Virus record (IMG/VR): IMGVR_UViG_3300048998_000035
Span: 1-34,583 of that record
DNA from: a virus
Lineage: Duplodnaviria; Caudoviricetes
DNA: 34,583 nucleotides
Strand: one strand, 5' to 3'
A program made the position numbers and the translations under genes. The first letter of the stretch is position 1, and the number at the start of each line of letters is the position of its first letter. This document shows, one piece after another, positions 13,793 to 23,323 of the stretch. The notes below the pieces were generated by a model. The model saw only the letters and a list, made by a program, of their open reading frames with translations. It was not told the origin of the DNA and made no database searches.

Positions 13793-14661
13793 TGCACTAC
13801 TACGAACATCACATTCGTGATTACGACACCGACACAGCACACCTAAGCTGGGAAGAGGATCTTGCTTACACGCGCCTGCTTCGCTGGTATTACCGCAAGG
13901 AAGAGCCGATACCAGCCGATTTAAAAGAAGCTTGTCGGCAAGTTAGGGCGCTCACCAAAGCGCAGAAAGATGCTGTCGCGGCGGTGTTAAAGGAGTTCTT
14001 CGAGTTACGCGAAGACGGATGGCATCACGACACTTGCGACGAGATCATTCTTGAGTACAAGGAAGGCGAGCCGCAAAGAGAGCTTAAAAAAGCAAACGAA
14101 GATAACCGGACAAAAAAGCATCGCGAAGAGCGTTCGAGGTTGTTCAAAGTATTAACAGATGCAGGTCAACATGCAGCTTGGAATATCAGCATAACTGAGT
14201 TACGGGCGCTAGTTTCCAAGCTACATGTAACGGCACCTGTAACTGAAATAGAAGAACCTGTAACGCAACCTGTAACGGCAACTGACACGCTTGTCACGGC
14301 TACCCATAAACCATTAACCATAAACCAGTATATAAAAACCCCTACTAAAGAGAGTGGGGGTAATAACACCACTGTTGGGCAAAAAACGTTCCGAACCTCC
14401 CTCCCTCGCGATTTCGGGATAAGTCCCGAAGTTGAATTATGGGCAAAGACTAAGGGCTACGCCGCCGATTTACCAGCTTACCTCGAAGTGTTCGTGCTGA
14501 AGGTCAAAGCCAACGGCTACGAGCGAGACGACTGGGATTCATTTTTCAAAACATCGATGTTGCAAGACTGGGGTGAAGTTCGAAAGAACGGCAAGTCTGG
14601 TGGCGGTAAAACCGCTCTCGAAATGATCGAAGAATCGGAGGCAACGAATGCAGAAAATTGA
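13792..14661 (+). CDS. Replication initiator, DUF1376/YdaU family
   Basis: MHYYEHHIRDYDTDTAHLSWEEDLAYTRLLRWYY...VLKEFF; internal iterons; C-terminal LPRDF...W domain. Confidence 0.88.
   Translation: MHYYEHHIRDYDTDTAHLSWEEDLAYTRLLRWYYRKEEPIPADLKEACRQVRALTKAQKDAVAAVLKEFFELREDGWHHDTCDEIILEYKEGEPQRELKKANEDNRTKKHREERSRLFKVLTDAGQHAAWNISITELRALVSKLHVTAPVTEIEEPVTQPVTATDTLVTATHKPLTINQYIKTPTKESGGNNTTVGQKTFRTSLPRDFGISPEVELWAKTKGYAADLPAYLEVFVLKVKANGYERDDWDSFFKTSMLQDWGEVRKNGKSGGGKTALEMIEESEATNAEN
14199..14327 (+). repeat. Putative replication origin: TGTAAC iterons plus ACCATWA repeats
   Basis: TGTAAC at 14226, ACCTGTAAC 14235, AACCTGTAACG 14255 and 14267, TGTCACGG 14292, inverted GTTAC 14199, then CCATAAACCATTAACCATAAACCA. 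Confidence 0.75.
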
Positions 14662-15142
14662 TTTGCAAAATTTTGAGAAATTGCTAAACGAGATCTCTGA
14701 TTGCTATGACCGAAAGCATTCCGCCCCTACCGCCATTAAGCATTGGTTCGAGGCGTTGATATTTCATCCTTGGGTAAAAGTCGAGGCTGAATTGCGTCAA
14801 TGGCTGAGATCAAAATCCAAGTTTCCGACCATTGCCGAGATCGTTCAGCCGCTAAACGAAAAAGCGCTTGAGGAAAGGGAAATTCGCCTTACCGCTGAGA
14901 AGCAGAAGGAAAAATCAGAAGTTTTTGCAATGCAACGAACCGCCGACGGCAGAAAAATAATTTCTGAGATTAATGCCGTATTGGCAAACAGAAACCTCGA
15001 TTACAAGCATTGGGCAAAAAACATTCTTGAGAAGCACGCCAATGGTCAGGACGTTCTCCCGCATTCGTTGAAATGTGCATGCGAAGCGCTGCGAGTGGAT
15101 ATCAATTCGATTCGGAAGGCTGGTGGCGGCGTAGCGATATGA
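14648..15142 (+). CDS. Putative helicase loader (P/G39P-like)
   Basis: Follows the initiator; W..AL...KFPTIAEI motif. Confidence 0.65.
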   Translation: MQKIDLQNFEKLLNEISDCYDRKHSAPTAIKHWFEALIFHPWVKVEAELRQWLRSKSKFPTIAEIVQPLNEKALEEREIRLTAEKQKEKSEVFAMQRTADGRKIISEINAVLANRNLDYKHWAKNILEKHANGQDVLPHSLKCACEALRVDINSIRKAGGGVAI

Positions 15143-15360
15143 ATTTTCCGGACGCCAAAACAGAGCGAGAGAAAAACCGAGCGATGTTTCCGACGGCCGC
15201 AAAAATTTGCGATGAGTTCGAAGCGATATTTGGTAAGTGCAAATTGCTATATGCAAGTGAAAACGGAAACGAAATAGGGAAGAAGCCAGAGGGTATCGCG
15301 GTAAGTGCTGGCGACATGGTGATCGAGCCGAAAAAGGAGAAACCAAATGCTCAAGTGTGA
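15139..15360 (+). CDS. Phage hypothetical protein
   Basis: ATGA overlap; NRAMFPTAAKICDEF..IFG...YASENG. Confidence 0.7.
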   Translation: MNFPDAKTEREKNRAMFPTAAKICDEFEAIFGKCKLLYASENGNEIGKKPEGIAVSAGDMVIEPKKEKPNAQV

Positions 15361-15610
15361 ATGCGGTGGAATATTGCGGAACGATGGCAAATCCCAACTT
15401 GCCGACGGCAACGTATATCAATACCTGAAATGCGACTGCGGCAAAAAGAGAAAGTCGCTAGGCGGGAAATTTATCGGAGAAAGCTGGACTGGACGCCGGT
15501 ATGCGCAGCCACAAAAGCCAATCGCCGAGCGAATTAACGAGGCAAAAATTCTGCTCGAATCCAGTCTAGTTTTGCAGGGATTGATTAGGCCGATAGAGGT
15601 GAGGGCGTGA
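15347..15610 (+). CDS. Zinc-ribbon hypothetical protein
   Basis: CECGG...CDCG; AGGAG RBS. Confidence 0.7.
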   Translation: MLKCECGGILRNDGKSQLADGNVYQYLKCDCGKKRKSLGGKFIGESWTGRRYAQPQKPIAERINEAKILLESSLVLQGLIRPIEVRA

Positions 15611-15807
15611 AGCCCGCCGAAATCAAGATAGGCCGCACATACCGACTAGGCGGCGTCTATCGAAAAGTTGTGGATATGTACACGCTGCAAAACACATTCG
15701 GATTTGATTTCACGCGGGTGGAGTACATCGAGAAAATTGGAACAACCGAAAAGCCCGGTTACATGAGTTTGAGGCAGTTTGCTAAGTGGGCAGAGAGTCA
15801 ATGTTAA
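15607..15807 (+). CDS. Phage hypothetical protein
   Basis: GTGA overlap; IKIGRTY...FAKWA. Confidence 0.7.
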   Translation: MKPAEIKIGRTYRLGGVYRKVVDMYTLQNTFGFDFTRVEYIEKIGTTEKPGYMSLRQFAKWAESQC

Positions 15808-15816
15808 GGAGGGCAT

Positions 15817-16062
15817 ATGTTTAATTCAGGATTGCAGGAACAAATAGAAGAGCAGCAGGAAGAGATTAATCGATTACGTGAAAAATTAGAGGATTTAGAA
15901 GCGGCACAGAAAATCGTTCTCCCATCATCAAATATCTATATTAGTGGCGACGAGATAGAGGTGAGAGAAGTTGTGATCCGCCTCCTTCAGCATTTAAAGC
16001 TTGATTTGGAAGTCGTGCCGGCAACGGATCAAGAAATAGTTTTCAAGAAGCGCAAGCAATAG
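15817..16062 (+). CDS. Coiled-coil hypothetical protein
   Basis: AAGGAGG RBS. Confidence 0.75.
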   Translation: MFNSGLQEQIEEQQEEINRLREKLEDLEAAQKIVLPSSNIYISGDEIEVREVVIRLLQHLKLDLEVVPATDQEIVFKKRKQ

Positions 16063-16070
16063 CCAGCCTT

Positions 16071-16193
16071 ATGAAAATGTCCGCCCGCATCCTCTCTCGA
16101 AAATACTGCAAATCGTGCGGATGTTGGCGGATTAAGCGAGCGTTTAGGGATGGAGTGTGCACGGCCTGCGATTACGCAAAGGGGAAAAAGTGA
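16071..16193 (+). CDS. 40-aa zinc-finger peptide (CKSC...CTAC)
   Basis: Own translation; GTGA overlap with the next ORF. Confidence 0.5.
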   Translation: MKMSARILSRKYCKSCGCWRIKRAFRDGVCTACDYAKGKK

Positions 16194-16423
16194 ACATAGA
16201 CGCCGAGATTAAAGCAGCCACGGAACGGATAAACCGCCAGATAGGGCAATGGGGGCGGCATGCGCATGCGGAGAACGCAGCGAGTTTTGCGGAAGCCCGA
16301 GCCGATCTGGCGAAAAGATTCCCATCGCCGGAAAAGTTTGATTGGGCGCACGGCGGCATATTGCAAGCGCTGTTGCCTGAGATGGCTCATATCCTCGGAT
16401 TATTTGGAGGTGTTTTTAGATGA
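16190..16423 (+). CDS. Hypothetical protein
   Basis: GTG start at 16190; ATGA overlap downstream. Confidence 0.55.
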   Translation: MNIDAEIKAATERINRQIGQWGRHAHAENAASFAEARADLAKRFPSPEKFDWAHGGILQALLPEMAHILGLFGGVFR

Positions 16424-16857
16424 CTGACCTAATCCAAGCGTCAACAGTACGAATCAAGTCTATGGCTGATGGCTCTCTAGATTTGACTGTACGTATCGAA
16501 CCTAAGGACATGATCGCGGCGTGCACGCTATTTGGTCAGCCTGGATTGCCTATCGTGCTCGGGCGTCTGGTGATGGATCACGAGAAGCCAAAAGCCGACA
16601 TCGTAATTCCGAGGTCGGAAGATAAGCCGAAGGGCGGACCGCTGGCGCAACTTGCGGGGCAGTGGTGCCATGAGGAAAACTTTCGGGAATTCTTAATGGC
16701 TGCCGGCGGGAGTGAGATTCATTCATCAACGCAGGCCGCAGACTGGGTTCGTAATTTTTGCGGCGTCACCTCCCGCGCCGAGATAGACAGCAATCCAGAT
16801 GCTAAGGCCAAGTTCCTGCGACTTCGGGCGGATTACATGAATTGGAGTGGGGCATGA
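16420..16857 (+). CDS. nin-region hypothetical protein
   Basis: GGAGG RBS; MADGSL...LAQLAGQWC...CGVTSRAEID. Confidence 0.8.
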   Translation: MTDLIQASTVRIKSMADGSLDLTVRIEPKDMIAACTLFGQPGLPIVLGRLVMDHEKPKADIVIPRSEDKPKGGPLAQLAGQWCHEENFREFLMAAGGSEIHSSTQAADWVRNFCGVTSRAEIDSNPDAKAKFLRLRADYMNWSGA

Positions 16858-17078
16858 ATATTTCTTTTCTTGAGCTGGTAATAGTGCTTTTCATACTTTG
16901 AATATTAGGGGCCGTGACATATCCGGTTGTATCGAATATAGGCAATCCAAACGTCCAGTATGGAATTGGTGGAATTACGACAATTAGATGCATTGACGGC
17001 TACAAATTCGTTGTTGGAGGTTATGGGCAGAGCAGCCAGATATTGGATGCAAACGGTAAAGGAGTTACGTGCGAATGA
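16854..17078 (+). pseudogene. Pilin-like N-terminus small protein interrupted by in-frame TGA (16899-16901)
   Basis: MNISFLELVIVLFIL*ILGAVTYP...RCIDGYKFVVG...QILDANGKGVTCE; ATGA overlaps at both ends. Confidence 0.7.
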
Positions 17079-17275
17079 AACTCTGTAAAGACTGCAAGCA
17101 TTGCTATGTTAAGCCTGGAGTTGCGATGAATCTTGTAGACGGGCATTGGAATGCGGTTTGCAGTCATCCAGAAGCATTAAGTTTGGTTAATGGCATACCG
17201 GTTATGTTATGCAATGTGGCCAGGGAAGATTTTAGTTGCGGAGTTGCCGGCATTCGATGGGAGCCTAAAGAATGA
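17075..17275 (+). CDS. Cys-rich hypothetical protein
   Basis: MKLCKDCKHC...C...C...R...CG...WE; AGGAG RBS. Confidence 0.75.
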   Translation: MKLCKDCKHCYVKPGVAMNLVDGHWNAVCSHPEALSLVNGIPVMLCNVAREDFSCGVAGIRWEPKE

Positions 17276-17388
17276 GTACCGAATTCGGTGAATACATAAA
17301 AGAGCATATCAGCGCATTGGAGTCGAACGGTAGTACGAAAAAATGCTAACGGCTCGCATGAGTCAATTGGTCGAGGAGGGGAAAGAGA

Positions 17389-17577
17389 ATGACTGAGTGG
17401 ATATTGATTATATTTTTTTACGCCGGCGCTAGTGATGGTGGTGCGGCAATCATGACACTACCTAATTTTAGTTCGGAACAAGAATGTACCGCCGCGCAGT
17501 CAAGAGTTAATACTCTCGTATTCGAGCCAGTCAATGTCAGAAAAGCCAATTCTGTTTGTGTGGCTAGGAAAAAATGA
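17389..17577 (+). CDS. Small exported hypothetical protein
   Basis: WILIIFF, FSSEQECTAA...CV; GAGGAGG RBS. Confidence 0.7.
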   Translation: MTEWILIIFFYAGASDGGAAIMTLPNFSSEQECTAAQSRVNTLVFEPVNVRKANSVCVARKK

Positions 17578-18149
17578 CCCTACCAACCAAGAAGAAGAAA
17601 CTAAAGAAGTGCGCTTACTGCAAGGGTGAATTTATGCAGATTCGAATGGCTCAAAAGATTTGCGGTTATGAATGCGCGGTAGGGCTGGCAAAGAAGACGC
17701 GGGAAAACCAAGACAGAGAGCAGAAGCGAAAGAACCGGAAGGAGCTGATTGAATTTAACCAAAGCGAGCCATCGTATTGGAGGCGGAAGGTTGAGGAATG
17801 GTGCAATCGGTACATTAGATTGAGAGACCATGAGCTGCCGTGTATCTCGTGCGGCAAGTTCGCAAATTACTACGATGCCGGCCACTACATAAGCGTTGGC
17901 GCGCACCCTGAACTGAGATACAACGAGCTGAACATCCACAAGCAATGTGTAGCCTGCAACCATCACAAGGCGTCAAACGCGGTTGTATACCGGATTCAGC
18001 TAATAAAGAAGATTGGATTGGAAGCGGTGGAGTTTTTAGAAGGTCCGCATCTTCCTGCTAAATATACGATCGACGATCTAAAAGATTTACTCGGGCAATA
18101 CAAAGAGAAGGTTAAGGCGCTTCAAGCCAAGCTTCAACTAACTATTTAG
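17574..18149 (+). CDS. ninG: NinG/Rap recombination endonuclease
   Basis: NRYIRLRD..LPCISCG...DAGHYISVGAHPELRYNELNIHKQCVACN. Confidence 0.93.
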   Translation: MTLPTKKKKLKKCAYCKGEFMQIRMAQKICGYECAVGLAKKTRENQDREQKRKNRKELIEFNQSEPSYWRRKVEEWCNRYIRLRDHELPCISCGKFANYYDAGHYISVGAHPELRYNELNIHKQCVACNHHKASNAVVYRIQLIKKIGLEAVEFLEGPHLPAKYTIDDLKDLLGQYKEKVKALQAKLQLTI

Positions 18150-18156
18150 GGTAAAA

Positions 18157-18537
18157 ATGGATCAATCAGAGGTAACACAATTACACCCAAACTTAGTATT
18201 GAGGATTGAGAATTGGGCTAATTGGAACCGAGAGAGAGCTTTCAAGGCGAATAAGCATTGCGCATCTATCGAGCATAAATACAGATCCCCGCAATGCTGG
18301 TACCCGCCAGAGCCTAAGCTGATTGTTGATAACCTGGATGCGCTGAAGATTGAGCGAGCCCTATTAGATCCATATCCAGAGAAATTAAAACACGTGATTA
18401 AGATGCATTACGTGAAGAAAAAACCATCGAGAGTTATATGCGATTTCATCCATATTCCTTGGAAGCAGTTCGATCTTTACTTCAAGCGAGCGCATGAAAT
18501 GTTAGACAACAGATTAAGATTTGCAATTAAGATTTAG
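18157..18537 (+). CDS. Late antiterminator Q-like protein
   Basis: RIENWANW N-terminus, DALKIERAL, C-terminal HTH-like region; between ninG and a promoter/terminator cluster. Confidence 0.7.
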   Translation: MDQSEVTQLHPNLVLRIENWANWNRERAFKANKHCASIEHKYRSPQCWYPPEPKLIVDNLDALKIERALLDPYPEKLKHVIKMHYVKKKPSRVICDFIHIPWKQFDLYFKRAHEMLDNRLRFAIKI

Positions 18538-18549
18538 AAAGTGTATAAG
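18521..18549 (+). promoter_or_regulatory. Late promoter (pR'-like)
   Basis: TTGCAA (18521-18526), 17 nt, TATAAG (18544-18549). Confidence 0.75.
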
Positions 18550-18587
18550 AAAACTACAATTTAATTGCCCTCTCTTTATAGAGTTGT

Positions 18588-18609
18588 AAGCCGTCGAGGG
18601 ACGGCTTTT
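18588..18609 (+). terminator. Late-leader terminator 1
   Basis: AAGCCGTC-GAGG-GACGGCTT-TT. Confidence 0.7.
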
Positions 18610-18624
18610 GCCCTAAAGAATCGT

Positions 18625-18657
18625 AAAGCCGCCAGTTAATCGCTCGCGGCTTTTTTT
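18625..18657 (+). terminator. Late-leader terminator 2
   Basis: AAAGCCGC...GCGGC followed by a long T-run. Confidence 0.7.
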
Positions 18658-18682
18658 ATTACTCGCAGCGCCTGCCACCTAA

Positions 18683-18707
18683 TCCCCCTTATCAGGGGAT
18701 TTTTTTC
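18683..18707 (+). terminator. Late-leader terminator 3
   Basis: ATCCCC..TATC..GGGGAT followed by a T-run. Confidence 0.7.
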
Positions 18708-18722
18708 GTCTAAAGGAACCTC

Positions 18723-18878
18723 ATGGGTTGGATTGCATGGGAACCGACAGCAGATGATCCGATGTGCCACGTAGTTCCAGACTTCGGACGAGAGCATCAA
18801 TTGAACGTAGGTTGCTGGTGCCATCCTGAGCCAGACGAGGAAGAAGAATTACTTTTGATTCATAACGCGGAGATGTGA
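18723..18878 (+). CDS. 51-aa His/Cys protein (HVVP...EH...CWCHP...IHN)
   Basis: Own translation; AAGGA RBS; metal-ligand-like pattern. Confidence 0.65.
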   Translation: MGWIAWEPTADDPMCHVVPDFGREHQLNVGCWCHPEPDEEEELLLIHNAEM

Positions 18879-18879
18879 G

Positions 18880-19149
18880 ATGGCCGGTAAGAAGGGGATG
18901 CGAGACAAGCTGATTTCATCCCCGGCTGCAATGGCACAAATTCGCGCTCAAATCAACGCAGGCAAATTAATAAAACGTCTTGAGAGTCATGTACATGACG
19001 GAATTGAAATGACTCAGACGCAGATTAAGGCTTCCGAGATACTTTTAAGGAAGTGTATTCCTGATTTGGCTAACGTTACGGTAGCTGGTGATCCTGATAA
19101 TCCCGTCAATGTAAGCATCACAGAAATAGTCCGCAAAATCATTAAGTGA
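18880..19149 (+). CDS. Terminase small subunit (putative)
   Basis: Directly upstream of and overlapping TerL; QIKASEILLRKCIPDL, GDPDNPV. Confidence 0.75.
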   Translation: MAGKKGMRDKLISSPAAMAQIRAQINAGKLIKRLESHVHDGIEMTQTQIKASEILLRKCIPDLANVTVAGDPDNPVNVSITEIVRKIIK

Positions 19150-20375
19150 CCTCCCTGGTAATAGATACGCCGGCAGTGTTTGAGCCGCTGTTGGCTCCTG
19201 CTCGTTATAAGGGCGCAAGAGGAGGGCGGGGATCAGGAAAGTCTCACTTCTTCGGTGAATTGATGATCGAAGAAAACATTTGTCACAAGCTAGACAATGT
19301 TTGCCTTCGTGAGACGCTTAAGAGCTTGGAGTTCAGCGTAAAAAAGCTCCTTGAGCACAAGATCGAGAAGTTAAACGCCGGCGCATATTTCGAAGTTCAG
19401 GAACGGCGCATCCTTACTAAAAAGGGTGGCGTTATCATCTTTGAGGGGATGCAGAATCACACGGCTGATTCAATAAAGTCTCTTGAAGGATTTGATAGGG
19501 CTTGGTTCGCAGAGGCGCAGCGAGCAAGTCAAAAGAGCTTGGATTTACTAAGGCCAACGCTTCGAAAAGACACATCCGAATTATGGTTCGATTGGAATCC
19601 GGTAGCGGCTACCGATCCGATTGATCAATTGTTATGCGGCGATACGTTGCCGCCTGACGCCGTAGTAGTCAAAGCCAATTATTCAGATAACCCATTCTTC
19701 CCGGATATTTTGCGGAAGGAGATGGAGTACGACCGTAAGCGCGATTACGACAAGTATTTGCATATCTGGGAAGGCGAGTATCAGCAATCCAGCGAAGCAA
19801 GAATATTCAAGAACTGGGTAATTGAGGAATTCGATAGACCAGACGGAACAATATTCAGGTTAGGCGCGGATTGGGGATTCTCCATTGATCCTAGCGTGCT
19901 GGTTCGCTGCTCAGTCGATGGTAACCGCCTCTATGTGGATTACGAGGCATACATGATTGGCTGTGAGATAGTGGCATTGCCTGACTTGTTTGATCGGGTG
20001 CCTGAGTCTCGCAAGTGGTTCATTACTGCGGATTCCGCAAGGCCGGAAACAATCAGCTACATGCGCAATCATGGCTATCCGAAGATGAATGCAGCGCAAA
20101 AGGGCGCTGGTTCATTAGCTGAAGGTGTCGCCTTCTTGCAGTCATTCGACATAGTTGTACACCCGCGCTGTCAGCACTTGATTGATGAGCTGAAGACCTA
20201 CAGCTACAAGCGAGACTCGCTAACCGATGAAGTCCTCTCAGTCATTGAAGACAAGAACAATCACGTGATTGATGCGCTTCGTTACGCGTGCGAGGGCGTT
20301 AGAAAAGCAATGGCGGTAAAGAAGCAAACACCAGTAGAAATGATCCCCACAGTTAACCACTTCGCGAGACGATAA
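19146..20375 (+). CDS. terL: Terminase large subunit, PBSX family
   Basis: Walker A GGRGSGKS, IKSLEG, WNP, GADWGFSIDP, ADSARPE, NHVIDALRYA. Confidence 0.95.
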   Translation: MTSLVIDTPAVFEPLLAPARYKGARGGRGSGKSHFFGELMIEENICHKLDNVCLRETLKSLEFSVKKLLEHKIEKLNAGAYFEVQERRILTKKGGVIIFEGMQNHTADSIKSLEGFDRAWFAEAQRASQKSLDLLRPTLRKDTSELWFDWNPVAATDPIDQLLCGDTLPPDAVVVKANYSDNPFFPDILRKEMEYDRKRDYDKYLHIWEGEYQQSSEARIFKNWVIEEFDRPDGTIFRLGADWGFSIDPSVLVRCSVDGNRLYVDYEAYMIGCEIVALPDLFDRVPESRKWFITADSARPETISYMRNHGYPKMNAAQKGAGSLAEGVAFLQSFDIVVHPRCQHLIDELKTYSYKRDSLTDEVLSVIEDKNNHVIDALRYACEGVRKAMAVKKQTPVEMIPTVNHFARR

Positions 20376-20378
20376 CGA

Positions 20379-22439
20379 ATGAGCCGACAAACAAAAGAAG
20401 AGCGGCTGGCGGCACTGCATGCGGAGTTCATGCTTGAGTTTGACGAGATACAGGCGGCTGTTCGGGATGAGCGGTTGCAGTGTTTGGAGGATCGGCGGTT
20501 CTATTCGATAGCTGGCGCTCAGTGGGAAGGGGCGCTAGGCGAGCAGTTCGAGAACAAGCCGAAGCTCGAAGTAAACAAGATTCACTTAGCTGTCATTCGA
20601 ATCTTCAATGAGTATCGCAACAATAGAATTTCAGTCTCATTCCTGCCCAAAGACGGAACGAAGAACGATCAGTTATCGGATGCTTGCAATGGCTTGTACC
20701 GCGCAGGGAGTCAGGATAGCTCCGCTGAGGAGGCGAAAGATAATGCCTTCGATGAGGCCGTAGGCGGTGGATTCGGTGCATGGCGATTGCGTGCGGTGTA
20801 TGAAGACGAAGAAGACGAAGACGGCGACACGCAGAACATTATCCGCGAGCCTATTTACGATGCTGATAGCTCGGTATTTTTCAGCCTGAATGCCAAGCGA
20901 TACGATAAACGCGATGCGACTCGTTGCTACGTTCTTACGTCATATACCGATAACGCATTCGAAGATGAATTCGAAAGCGATCCGTCGTCATGGCCAAAGT
21001 CCATTTACCAATTCGATTGGGCTAGTCCTGGCACCAATGTTGTGTTTGTTGCTGAGGTTTACGACGTCGAAACGGTAAGCGAAACGTTACATGTGTTTCG
21101 CGGTCTTCAAGATGAAAAGAAGCGTATATGGGAAAAGGACTTGACCGATGAGTTGCTGAATGAGTTGGAGGCAACTGGCTTCAAGGAATCTTTTAAAAAG
21201 AAGATCAAGAAAAAGAAGGTTCATAAGTATTTAGCGTCGGGCAACAAAATTGAATCTGACGAAGGGTATATCGCCGGCAATCGCATTCCTATTGTGCCGA
21301 TGTACGGAAAGCGTTGGTATGTGAATAACATTGAGCGTTGCATGGGGCATGTGCGTCTCGCTAAAGATGCTCAGCGTTTGAAGAATATGCAGCTCTCGAA
21401 ATTGGCTGAACTGTCAGCGCTATCGGCCACAGAAAAGCCCATCGTTACGCCCGAGCAGATTAAGGGGCATGAATACACTTGGGCTAATGACTCCATACAG
21501 AATTACTCGTATTTACCGTTGAATAGAGAATTCGATATGAACGGCAATCCAATTGCCGTTCCAATGGAATACACGCGAGTTCCCAATATTCCACCGGCGA
21601 TGGCCGCTCTGCTGCAAATAACTGAGCAGGACATGCAGGATTTGCTAGGAAATCAGCAAGCCGGCGAGCAGGTGAGGGCGAACGTATCAGCCGAAGCTAT
21701 CGACCTGGTGCAAAACAAGCTAGACATGCAGGCATTCATTTATATGTCGAACATGGCTAAGTCGGAGAAGTGCGACGGCGAAATATGGCTTGGCATGGCG
21801 AAAGATATTTTCATCCAACAAGGCCGCAAGCTTAAGACGATGGATGAGCAGGGCGAGCCTGGTAATGTCGAGTTGCTGAAGCCAACGCTTGGTGAAGATG
21901 GCGCCGTAGAGGGTGAGGTTGATTTTAGCCGGGCTAAATTGGATGTGGCCGTTAGCGTTGGCCCTTCTTCATCTAGTCAACGCAACATGATGGTTAAGAC
22001 GCTGCTTAACGTCATGCAAGTAGCACAAGACCCAGAGACCATCCAAGTCGTCGGCTCCATGATTATGATGAATCTGGAAGGCGAGGGCCTCTCAGACTTC
22101 CGCAACTACTTCCGCCAGAAACTTATCAGGATCGGCGCTGTTAAGCCTACTGATGAAGAGGTGCAAGAGTTGCAAGCCGAGCAAGCGAATAAGCAGCCAG
22201 ACCCTCAAGCCGAGTTCCTGAAGGCATCCGCAGAACAAGCTCAAGCCGAGGCCGCTAAATCGCAAACGGCGGCAACCCTAAACCTCGCAAAATCCGAAGA
22301 ATCGCAGGCGAAGACGAAAGAAATTCTCGCTGGCATAGGTCGTGATGATCGCGGTCAGTTGGTCGATCACGTAGAAAAGCTACACGGAACATTCGCGGAG
22401 AATAATCCGCAGACGGCCCCCACTGCGCCTAGTCAGTGA
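20379..22439 (+). CDS. P22-like portal protein
   Basis: 686 aa after TerL; GAQWEG, EAVGGGFGAWR, IPIVPMYG, GHVRLAKDAQRL; C-terminal helical barrel. Confidence 0.93.
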   Translation: MSRQTKEERLAALHAEFMLEFDEIQAAVRDERLQCLEDRRFYSIAGAQWEGALGEQFENKPKLEVNKIHLAVIRIFNEYRNNRISVSFLPKDGTKNDQLSDACNGLYRAGSQDSSAEEAKDNAFDEAVGGGFGAWRLRAVYEDEEDEDGDTQNIIREPIYDADSSVFFSLNAKRYDKRDATRCYVLTSYTDNAFEDEFESDPSSWPKSIYQFDWASPGTNVVFVAEVYDVETVSETLHVFRGLQDEKKRIWEKDLTDELLNELEATGFKESFKKKIKKKKVHKYLASGNKIESDEGYIAGNRIPIVPMYGKRWYVNNIERCMGHVRLAKDAQRLKNMQLSKLAELSALSATEKPIVTPEQIKGHEYTWANDSIQNYSYLPLNREFDMNGNPIAVPMEYTRVPNIPPAMAALLQITEQDMQDLLGNQQAGEQVRANVSAEAIDLVQNKLDMQAFIYMSNMAKSEKCDGEIWLGMAKDIFIQQGRKLKTMDEQGEPGNVELLKPTLGEDGAVEGEVDFSRAKLDVAVSVGPSSSSQRNMMVKTLLNVMQVAQDPETIQVVGSMIMMNLEGEGLSDFRNYFRQKLIRIGAVKPTDEEVQELQAEQANKQPDPQAEFLKASAEQAQAEAAKSQTAATLNLAKSEESQAKTKEILAGIGRDDRGQLVDHVEKLHGTFAENNPQTAPTAPSQ

Positions 22440-22453
22440 GTTGAAGGAGAGTT

Positions 22454-23323
22454 ATGAATCAAGAAGACGAAGCAATTGATGAGCAAGAAGACCCGCAGGA
22501 CTCGCAAGACGCCGATTTAGATGACAACCCTGATCCAGAGGTAACTGATCAAGAGGGTGATGCAGAAGATTCGGAAGAAGGTGCGGACGGGGATGAAGTT
22601 GAGGGCGAATTAGTTGTAACGATTGGTGATGATCCAATCCCAGAAGACGATAAGCCTGCCGCTCCCTGGGTTCGTGAGCTACGAAAGACGAATCGCGATC
22701 TACAAAAGCGCAATCGTGAGCTGGAAGAGAAGATTAATGCTGCTGTCGCGGCAAAGCCTATTGAATTAGGCAAAGAGCCAGACTTAGAAGATCCAGACAT
22801 CAATTACGACAAGGATATCTTCAGGGAAAAGCTGCTCGATTGGAATGCCAAGAAGCAGGCCGTCGAGGCTGAGGCCGCTAAAGCTGCCAAAGCCGCTGAA
22901 GATAGCAAAAAGGCATGGGAAACCACTGTCGCAACATACAACGAGAACAAGGCAAAGCTTAAGGTAGCCGACTTTGACGAGGCCGAAGACGCGCTAAGGA
23001 ATGTCCTATCGGTAACGCAGCAAGGAATCATTCTAGACGCTGCCAAACAGCCGGAAATCGTCGTCTTTGCCCTCGGCAAGAACGAGAAGAAGGCGAAAGA
23101 ATTAGCTGCCATTACCAATCCAGTCAAATTCGCTGCCGCTATTGGCGCATTGGAGAACACCTTGAAAGTTACCCCTCGTAAAGCACCTCCACCAGAGAAA
23201 ACAATCGTTGGTAGTGCGCCGAAGTCTGGTTCGGTTGATTCGACGTTGGAGAGATTGCGCAAAGAAGCAAAGGCCAGCGGTGATTTTACGAAAGTTGTAG
23301 CGTACAAACGAAGCAAGAAGTAG
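22454..23323 (+). CDS. Scaffolding protein
   Basis: Acidic N-terminus, coiled coils, between portal and coat; AAGGAG RBS. Confidence 0.85.
   Translation: MNQEDEAIDEQEDPQDSQDADLDDNPDPEVTDQEGDAEDSEEGADGDEVEGELVVTIGDDPIPEDDKPAAPWVRELRKTNRDLQKRNRELEEKINAAVAAKPIELGKEPDLEDPDINYDKDIFREKLLDWNAKKQAVEAEAAKAAKAAEDSKKAWETTVATYNENKAKLKVADFDEAEDALRNVLSVTQQGIILDAAKQPEIVVFALGKNEKKAKELAAITNPVKFAAAIGALENTLKVTPRKAPPPEKTIVGSAPKSGSVDSTLERLRKEAKASGDFTKVVAYKRSKK

Noticed and set aside
14226-14300. Short repeats as CRISPR or DGR elements
   Set aside because: Repeats are 6-12 bp, lack spacers and sit inside the initiator as iterons; no cas or reverse transcriptase gene is in the window
16899-16901. Genome-wide TGA recoding or suppression by the tRNA-like element
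   Set aside because: TGA ends many genes in ATGA overlaps, and the tRNA-like element has no UCA anticodon loop
17272-17349. 25-codon ORF MSTEFGEYIKEH... after the Cys-rich gene
   Set aside because: Too short to support; may be a gene remnant but there is no evidence of function
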